A stretch of DNA of 64,000 bases, from assembly GCF_009914755.1 (NCBI RefSeq), contig NC_060936.1; one strand, 5' to 3'. The translations under genes were made by a program, and so were the position numbers. Shown one piece after another: positions 55,550 to 64,000 of the stretch. Numbering within the stretch: position 1 is the first letter of the stretch; every line of letters starts with the position of its first letter. Below the pieces are notes generated by a model. It made no database searches. It was given only the letters and a program-made list of their open reading frames with translations, and was not told the DNA's origin. The DNA is from the human T2T-CHM13v2.0 reference genome, Homo sapiens.

Positions 55550-56799
55550 TCCCTCCAAACCAGGGCCTGCCCCTCCCGCGCCTAGGGCTGGGCGAGCAGG
55601 GCGGGCGGGTACTAAGGTGGGCTCCATCCCCGAGCCCCACGCGGGCGGACAAGCTCCGGCGTGTCCCCTCGGGTGTCCCTGTTTACTCCGAGCCCGGGAG
55701 CGAGGTGGGGGCGGGTCCTCGCGGTCCCTCCCCAACCCCGCCCCCTCCTTCGCAGGCCCCAATCCCAGTCCGGTCTTCCAAAGTCTCCAAATCAAAGCTC
55801 AGCCTTTCCCTGCACCTTCCCCGCGGACTGGCGGTCCCTGTCCCCACCCCGGGCAGAGGAGGCACCTTCAGGGTTCCCCTAGAAAATCGAGCCTCGGCCC
55901 AGACCACTGAGTCCCGGACGCCCCCGGAGGGAGCCTGAAATCCTAGAGTATGACACTGAGTTTCAAAGGGGAGCCGCTCAGCTCTCCGCCCACTGCCCAA
56001 TCCCACCCTCGACCCCTTCTGCTCTCTGGAGCACCAGGGAGGAGGGCCCAGCCAGGGGAGAGGGCGCCCCAGGCCCCAAACTAGCCAGCGAGTCCCCGGG
56101 ACCCTCACTCTTGGACCGCTTTCCAGAACTCCGAACCCTGTCGCGGGTCCGCGTCGCCCTCCCCCGGGCAGCGCGTCAAATCGGCGCATGCGCACTCACT
56201 GGATTGCCGCGTAGCTCTTTCTCCCCCCACCCACCAACCTTTTTTCTTTCCCCGCCCCTTCCCTCCCTCCCTCCTCAACCCGTCCCCTCCCTCTCCCCCA
56301 TCAGCCCCCCCCTCGGCACTTCAGTCCGGGGAACAGCGGTGCGAGCTCCAGGCCCATGCACTGAGGAGGCGGAAACAAGGGGAGCCCCCAGAGCTCCATC
56401 AAGCCCCCTCCAAAGGCTCCCCTACCCGGTCCACGCCCCCCACCCCCCCTCCCCGCCTCCTCCCAATTGTGCATTTTTGCAGCCGGAGGCGGCTCCGAGA
56501 TGGGGCTGTGAGCTTCGCCCGGGGAGGGGGAAAGAGCAGCGAGGAGTGAAGCGGGGGGGTGGGGTGAAGGGTTTGGATTTCGGGGCAGGGGGCGCACCCC
56601 CGTCAGCAGGCCCTCCCCAAGGGGCTCGGAACTCTACCTCTTCACCCACGCCCCTGGTGCGCTTTGCCGAAGGAAAGAATAAGAACAGAGAAGGAGGAGG
56701 GGGAAAGGAGGAAAAGGGGGACCCCCCAACTGGGGGGGGTGAAGGAGAGAAGTAGCAGGACCAGAGGGGAAGGGGCTGCTGCTTGCATCAGCCCACACC
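55550..56799 (+). promoter_or_regulatory. LRP1: LRP1 CpG-island TATA-less promoter and long GC-rich 5'UTR (TSS ~56330)
   Basis: NRF1 palindrome GCGCATGCGC 56184-56193; GC boxes; sterol regulatory element GTGGGGTGA 56559-56567. Confidence 0.85.
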
Positions 56800-56866
56800 A
56801 TGCTGACCCCGCCGTTGCTCCTGCTGCTGCCCCTGCTCTCAGCTCTGGTCGCGGCGGCTATCGACG
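56800..56866 (+). CDS. LRP1: LRP1 exon 1 coding part (signal peptide); intron 1 runs to the end of the window
   Basis: cacaccATG; MLTPPLLLLLPLLSALVAAAID(A); donor ACG|GTGAGT; 67 nt. Confidence 0.96.
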
Positions 56867-59800
56867 GTGAGTGAGATTCCGCGTCCCCCTTGGACCCCTG
56901 GGGGCACCCTCTCCCCAGCCCCCACTCCTGCATACGGATGGGGAAGGGAGACGCGGGAGGGGGTGCCTTTTGTTATCCCAGTCCAGCTGACACAGCAGCG
57001 GCCCGACTGGGGGCGGGGATGGGGTCCGATTTGGGGGATGGGGGCCCTGGGCAAATGATGCTTCCGGGGCCCCCCAGCACAAACAAAGACCAGAGGCCTG
57101 GGTAGAGAGAAGAGGGCTCCCCATTTTTCTGATCCTGGGGAGGAGAGGCCTTCTTTTCCTATCTCTGTTCGGGGAGGGCCTCCGCCTCCCCTACATCCTC
57201 ACAACCCCCCACCCCCCATCTGAATTGTGAAGGAATCCGGATTTGCAATGTTCGGCTGCAAAAGGGGGTGGGGGTGGGGGGGGTGGCTTTTGCACTGGCC
57301 TCTGTAGCTCGAAAGGGGAGCCAGGCCAGGGGTACCCTGCCGGGCAGAGGGCAGGCAGGCCCGGGAAGGCTGTGGGTGGGGAGAGGGAGGGCCCCCTGCT
57401 TGGGCGTGGAATCGACCCCAGAGCCCCGGCTGGAGGCCTGGGTGCTGAAGTAGGCTCTTCCCCCTCTCAGGGCCTCTGTCAGTAGCCTGGGGTAGGGCTG
57501 TGTTGGGGGGCAGAGAGGGGGAGCTCGCCATACTATGTGACTTTGAATTTTCCTTCTTAATTCCTGGGAGCTTTGAGATGAAAAAACGTCAGATGTCATC
57601 ACTGGGGAAGGGGACTGGAGAATGGCCTGGAATGCTGGGGTAGGAGGGTGGGGGAGGCTGCCTTCTTCCTGACTTCTGGCTTCATCACAGTTTGGATTGG
57701 AAGGAGAGTTGGAGGTTGGATGGGGATTATGGCTGTGCCCCCACACTCCTTTAGTAAATCTGTTTATTCCCTGCACCCCTCCAAGCCCAAAACCCCATAC
57801 ACACACACTTTGTATATTGCAGAGTTAGGCTTAGGCTAGAACTGCATCCTTTTGGGGAAATGGGGTGCCTCTCTTCCCTTTTTTTGTCAGCTGTTTTTTT
57901 CTCCTACTTGTGAGTCACTGGTTCAAGTCTTGCCCAAGCTTTAAGCATTAAGCTGGGGTCATGGGGTTGGGCTGGGCTAGGTCCCTGATTTGAGAAGGGG
58001 TGGGATCTCATCCCCTCCTGTCATCTTAGCCCTCTCATCCAAAGACAAAACTGGGCTGGATACCATCATACACCCCCTCCTCTGTCTTGCCAGATTGGGA
58101 TTGGGAAAGTTTTTCTCTGAAACCAGATTATCTCCCTCCCTCTCCCTAACTTGCTTCAATTGGGGGAGGAGACTTACAGGGTCAGGAAGCAGCTGTGTCC
58201 CCAAAAAACATATTTAGTGTCCCTCAGTTGTGCCATCTTGGGGACTCTCTACCCCCCACCCCCACCCCACCAATTAGCTGCCCCGGAGGAGGAGAGGGGC
58301 TTTTCCTGAATATCCTCCAGATGCCGCACAGCCGGCTTCTGCCTATAACTCCTGTCATTATCATGTGTTTTTCTCTTGTTCTCAGCCCTGTGAGGTGAGA
58401 AGGGAAATCGAGGCAGGGAGATTGGGGTTGCAGCCGCTTCTGGGAGGAATAGAAAAAAAATTTGAGAGAGAGAGAGACCCATCAGGAGCCCCTTGAAGGA
58501 GGGTGGCTAGAGTTAGGCAGAAGCAAGAGGGTTTCTGTGGAGAGCAGGGAAGGTCAGGAAGGGACCCCAGATAGCATCACTCCCAGGGCTCTAAAGGAGT
58601 TCTATTTGCCACACCAAGTTAGTGGAAGAGAGAGACTGGACATGTTCTCCTTAACTATCTCCCTACCCTTTCTTAAAATGTTCACCCACGCCCCCTCTGT
58701 ATCTCCAGCTCAGATCAAACTATCCAAAGCCCCAGGAGAGGACCCCTCCCCAAACACACACCAATATTTCTGCCTTGGGAGTGGGAATATAAATAATCAG
58801 CTCCACCCCACTCTTGGGTACAGGGTGGTGAGAAAGGGGAATTGCATAGAAATGTAAGTTCAACTCTATCCAGAGGCAGCCTAGGGGATCCCTTATCCCT
58901 AACCCCTGCCCTCTTGCCTCAGGGTCCATCAACATTGAACTTTCTTGTTTACTTTCCAGAGAATGGAGATGACCCAGCTCACCTGACTTAGTATGTTACC
59001 TTCCTCCTGCTATCACAGCCTTGCTGCTTTCTCTCCAGGGCAGCAATCCTAGGGGCTTTCCCACCTCTTCTGCTTTCTCTTCTATGCCTGAAACTGCCTC
59101 TGGGGTCCCCTGCCCTTTGGGGAGTAACGTCACTCCCCACTAGCGACAAAATTGAGTGTACCTGCTGCTGGAGAGGTTGCAGAAAGATGGGGTGGAGAAT
59201 GGGACTATTGAGGGCCCTGCTGAGATTGGGGAACATTTTCTAGTGGGGAGGGCACCCCCAGACAAATACAGCTCACAGAATAAGGCTGACTTCCTCCCTC
59301 CCTTTTTCCTGACCTTCCTCCACACACCCCCTTGAGCCGGCATATTACCAGTTACTAGAGTAGGTACAGTGGAAGTGAGTTATGAAGCTGGGGTGTTAGC
59401 TTCCTGGATCCCTGAGAGAAAGTTCTAAACTCCTTTCTCCCTGATCAGACTCACATCCTAAACGTCTCCCTTTGCCTCGTTGTCTTTTAAAGCAAGAATG
59501 TGTAAGAAATTCATTTTGGGGTTGGAGGGATATTTTGATGTTTAGGGCTGCTTCACTAGACATCTTTTTCTTCTGATCTTGTTCTCTCTCCTCTCTTCAT
59601 TTTCTCAACCACCCTTCCACCACTGAGCCTCCCAAAGGATGACAGCCCAGGTCCTGGCCAGAGTCAGTTCCTGTCCAGATGCCCCCATTCTTCAAAACCC
59701 CTTCCTTACCTTTTGGGAAGCCCTTCCTTACTCAAGTCTATCTCTCTTTCCTCCTGCTGCAGTGTGAGCCCTTGCACATCAGAACCCCCAAGCCTAGGTT

Positions 59801-62275
59801 TATTCCCGCCCAGTACTCTCTTCTCAGGGTCCTCCTCACTCCTCAGACTCTTTACCTTTCAGGTCCTCCAGCTCTGCGTGTGGGCTCATTGCTCTTGGGG
59901 CATCTGGGTGCAGCTGAATGGTACTGCAGGAAGGCCCCTGACTTGGTAGTGCTGGGTATGAGCGATAGAGAACCTGCCTCCCTCTTCTGTCCCAGATTTC
60001 AGCCTGGTTAGCAGGATCCTGCATTGTTTGGAGAAGGAAGCAGTTGGCTTTGGAGTGTTTCCGGTGCAATGGCCTCAGGCACCAATATAAACCCTCCCTG
60101 GGAAAGAGGTGAGGGGTATATGTGGAGAGTTGTCCCTCTTGCTCCCCTAGGGGAGATGAAAGCCTCTCCCTCTCCCACCAGGCCTTAGCTTCCCTGGCTG
60201 AAGAGCTCCATTTTCCTCCCTCCTTTCTACCCTCCTGACTCCAGGGGTGGTAGTGGTCCCTATTCTGGGTCTCCCTTGAGTCAGGCACTGCCTAGGGCCG
60301 AGACTCTGTCTCTCCAAGATAGGACAGATCTTGCTCCCACCCTACTCTAGGCTCAGCGGGGTAGTCATTCTCTGGGTTCATCCCAGGACAACTGTGTCAT
60401 CCCCTTGGCAATCTCTGGACTGAGCCCCCTTCCTGGCTTTTCTGGCTGTCTGTCTGTCTTTCTGTCTGTCTGTCATTAGTGTGCGCTGTCTTGGCTTTTT
60501 AGAACCTCTCTGTCTCTCACCCTCTCAGTTCATCTCTTACTGCCGAACCTTTGTGACATTCTCTGCCCTGCTTTCTGCGTCTCTGTCACTTGTCTTATTT
60601 TTCTCTGCCTGTCTCCATTTACCCCCATCCAGGCCTCTTGGTATCCCAAAAGCTTCTTGGGAGCAAGAGTCTCTCTGGGCTTTCCCACTCACCCCCTGGC
60701 TCCCTCCCCTCTGTTTTGGCTATTTTTCCCCCTTCCTGGCCAGACCCAGTGTCCAGTTCAGCACCAAAAGTTTCCTCTCCACTTTCCTCCGACTTCCTCT
60801 TTCTTCTTCCCCCTCCACTAATTTGGGGAATGGGTTTTGGAGAGAATGTTTCTGGAAGAAAGGAACTTGATACCCTTTGTGGGCTAAGAGGGAGAAAGGA
60901 GGTATTTCAGAAGGAAGGAGGGAGGTTAGACTTCTGGCAGAACTTCCTCCTGACCAGGAGCCTAAGAACTGGAGAAAGATGTAAGGAGTGAGTCAAGAAC
61001 TTGGAGCTTTTACTCTGGTGAGCATAAGCTGTGTGTGTGGCTGGGGTGGGGGGAGAAGGAGAGGAGGCTTAGAAATGCCTGGTGAGTGATATGGTGACCT
61101 CTGGAGGCCTTCTGGGGGTCTGGCTTTTATTTGTGGGGAAAGGAAAAGCTGGTGGGGGAGGTCACGGGTCAGGCTAATGTCCTGCTGCATCAATATTGAC
61201 TCAGAATGGAAGCGGAGACCCTTCCCCTCCCCTGGCTGTCCAAGCCACCCTGTCTGTCTGTCTGTCCAGGCCGCAAAGCAGAGGCCCAGACTCAGGAATG
61301 ACAAAAATGTGTCTGAGCCTCAGGAAAGAGCCACTGGGCAACACCCAAAATACAAAAAATTCAGTGAAAACCTCTCGGTTTGGGTTTGGGAGGCCCTTGC
61401 TGCCCCACCCCCATAAGGTCGAAAATTCAGATTCCTGCAGGCTCTGTCCCCGCGCCGCCCCCCCACCCCACCCCCCGCACCTTGAGCATCCTCCTCCCAC
61501 TCTGTTCCCTTAGCTATATCATGTGGTTCCCTTTAGAGAACCCCCCTCTCACCTAGCTCAGAGGGGAGCCTATCTCTCCTTCTGCTGTGTCCACTCTTAA
61601 AAAGGGCCCCAAGAGTCCCTGTCATGCTTTTGCAGTCCCTGAGTCTCCTTGTCCTTTAAGAAGCACCTCTAAGGTCTTAGCTCTCTTCCTTGCTCTCGCT
61701 CCCTCAAGGGGGTATCAAAGGATGGGTTCCCCTCCTCTGGAGAAGACTCCTTCAGGGTTGGACTTCGCTGTCACCCTCTCTGGCCAGGCATTCTCACCCC
61801 ACTTCCCCACCCCCAAGGTCCCAGAATGGGACACAGAATGACAGCCAAGGGTCAAGCAGGGCAGTGGGGTCTGTGTTGTGTCTGGACGCACACCCAACTC
61901 TACACCTCCTGCCCTGGCTCCAGCTTGGTGGCCCTGGGGACCGTGGCTGGGCTGGGTGCCTGGGTTTGGGGGGGTGGGGCAGGGTGTTGGCCAAGTTAGC
62001 ATGGCAGTCACATTCATCTTCAGGCAAAGCCGAGAACAGACGGCCCCTGTGTCCTGGTGTTCTTCCTCCAAACTCGCTCTCTCTCCTTCCTCTCTAGATC
62101 TCTCCTTCTTCTTCTCCTGCCTGTCTTCCCCTTCTTCTGTCCCATTCTTGCTCCTCTCTGTCTCCCCTATGCCCTTCCCTCCTCTCTGAGGAGCCCTGAA
62201 GGCCACCCCTTAAAATCCTCTCCCCACTGCCAGGGCCAGAGAACGACAGCGTTCTCCCTGCAATTTCCCTTCCTT

Positions 62276-62840
62276 GTTTTTTGTTTTTGTTTTGTTTTGT
62301 TTTTGAGACACAGTCTCACTCCATCACCCAGACTGAAATGCAATGGCGTGATCTCTGCTCACTGCGACCTCCGCCTCCTGCTAATTTTTGTATTTTTAGT
62401 AGAGACAGGGTTTCACCATGTTGCCCAGGCTGGTCTCAAACTCTTGACCTCAAGTGATCCGCCCATCTCCGCCTCCACCTCCCAAAGTGCTGGTACTACA
62501 GACGGGAGCCACTGCGCCCATCTGGTTTCCTTTCTTTCTTTCTTTTTTTTTTCTTTTGAGATGGAATCTCGCTCTGTTGCCCAGGCTGGAGTGCAGTGGC
62601 GCGATCTCAGTTCACTGCAAGCTCCGCCTCCCCTGGTTCACGCCATTCTCCTGCCTCAGCCTCCTGAGTAGCTGGGACTACAGGCGCCTGCCACCACGCC
62701 CAGCTAATTTTTCATATTTTTAGTAGAGACGGGGTTTCACCGCGTTAGCCAGGATGGTCTCGATCTCCTGACATCATGATCTGCCTGCTTCGGCCTCCCA
62801 AAGTACTGGGATTACAGGCATGAGCCACCATGCCCGGCCT
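62276..62840 (-). mobile_element. Internally deleted Alu plus AluY-like element in LRP1 intron 1
   Basis: TSD TGGTTTCCTTTCTT at 62523-62536 and 62840-62853. Confidence 0.9.
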
Positions 62841-64000
62841 GGTTTCCTTTCTTAACCCGGCTGCATCCCATGACCTATGAGGAAACCACCTGCTCAGTTA
62901 CCAGTCACCCTGTGCCTCAGCTCCCCCATGTGTGAGAGGGGGGCCGCAAGGGCACCCACCTCACAGGGTTATAGTATCTAAGTGAGTTAATAGTCACCGT
63001 ATTTCCAATCAGTGGCTGGTGGTTAGCAAGGTGAAAAAGGTTAGCTCCCATCGGTCAGGGAGACCTCCGGGTTCTCTCATGCGGGCCAGGAGGCGGGGAA
63101 GGCCTTAGTTGCTTTTGACCTTAGGGCAATGTTGTTCTCTCATCTAAACTGCAGGCCACAAAGGTGGGTTTTCTGGGTGCTGGATTCAGACACAGAAGGC
63201 TCTGCTGAGGGGAGTGGGGTTGGCTTTCCCTCTAAGCAGATTATAAGGGTCCTACCCCGCTCCCAACTCAGCTCTCTCCCAGCTCTGAGTGAGGCTTCCC
63301 TTGGCTGTGTAGACTGTCCCAAAGTAGTTTATTTGTTTCTTTCTTCCCTCTCCCCCTGAAGGAAATCAAAGACAGGCCTCAGCCTTCTCGCTCCAGATTC
63401 CTGGGCCCTTCAACACCAGCCCTGACAGGAAGTTCTTTCACGTATCTCTCTGCAATCCTTGTGCTGGCCAGGCCCTCGGGAGATGTGGCCCCCTCCCCCG
63501 GTGCTGCTGTGGGATAGGGGCCTGGGCCCTCCTCTTCCTTTCACTTGTCCCATCCCCCATCCCCTCCCTGCAAGAGCACATCTGGTTTGTGAATCTCTCT
63601 CATTCCAGCTTTTGGAGTTTGCCAGCTGCTGTTTCCTCTGTGGAGTTCAGGCCAAAAATGGGGGTGGGGGACAGCGGGGGGGACTCAGTGAGGGCTAAAG
63701 GAGGGGGCACCATGGCTGGGATGTGGAATGGAGGGGAGGTTAGGTGACCACCCGGTGACCTCAGGCCGTGGCTGTGCGCTCTGCCCCTGGGAGGAGCAGG
63801 GCATGGACCAAGTCCCAGGTGGGTGGCACGGGGGTCTGTTTCTGGGCTCCAAACATCTCATCTGCCTCTGAGTCCCATTCCAGCCCCCCTCTTCCCCCTC
63901 AGCCGGCCACGGCTGGTCAGGGGAAGCGGACGGTTCTCCGGCATGCTAACTAGGCTGGCGGGCTGTGTTTCCCGGGAAGACCTCACAGCTGGCCCAGTGG

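Noticed and set aside
55423-57806. ORFs of 170-215 aa around the LRP1 promoter
   Set aside because: CpG-island and G-run artefacts; only the 67-nt LRP1 exon 1 CDS is supported

Overview
Human genomic DNA from the chr12q13.3 NEMP1-NAB2-STAT6-LRP1 locus, identified from recognisable protein sequences. Left to right: an Alu-saturated part of NEMP1 (TMEM194A) intron 1 plus coding exon 1 and promoter (- strand); the complete NAB2 gene (+, 7 coding exons, 525 aa); the complete STAT6 gene (-, non-coding exon 1 plus 21 coding exons, 847 aa), convergent with NAB2 and sharing a 3' end region; a ~15 kb repeat-rich spacer; and the LRP1 promoter, exon 1 and start of intron 1 (+). All exon boundaries were traced by hand with GT/AG sites, and the summed CDS lengths close in frame (NAB2 1578 nt, STAT6 2544 nt). 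Almost all other ORFs in the track are Alu-, microsatellite- or GC-rich artefacts. I see no evidence of a new gene or wholly undescribed system; this is a well-studied locus. The most original observations are regulatory or structural: a hairpin formed only across the STAT6 exon1-exon2 junction and kept by two tandem donors; an Alu insertion that displaced the apparent branch point of STAT6 exon 12; weak-first/strong-second AUG architecture in NAB2; divergent CTCF motifs between STAT6 and LRP1; Alus whose A-tails are replaced by GC boxes near CpG islands; and several Alu duplication or conversion events. Repeat boundaries and subfamily calls are approximate, made by eye.
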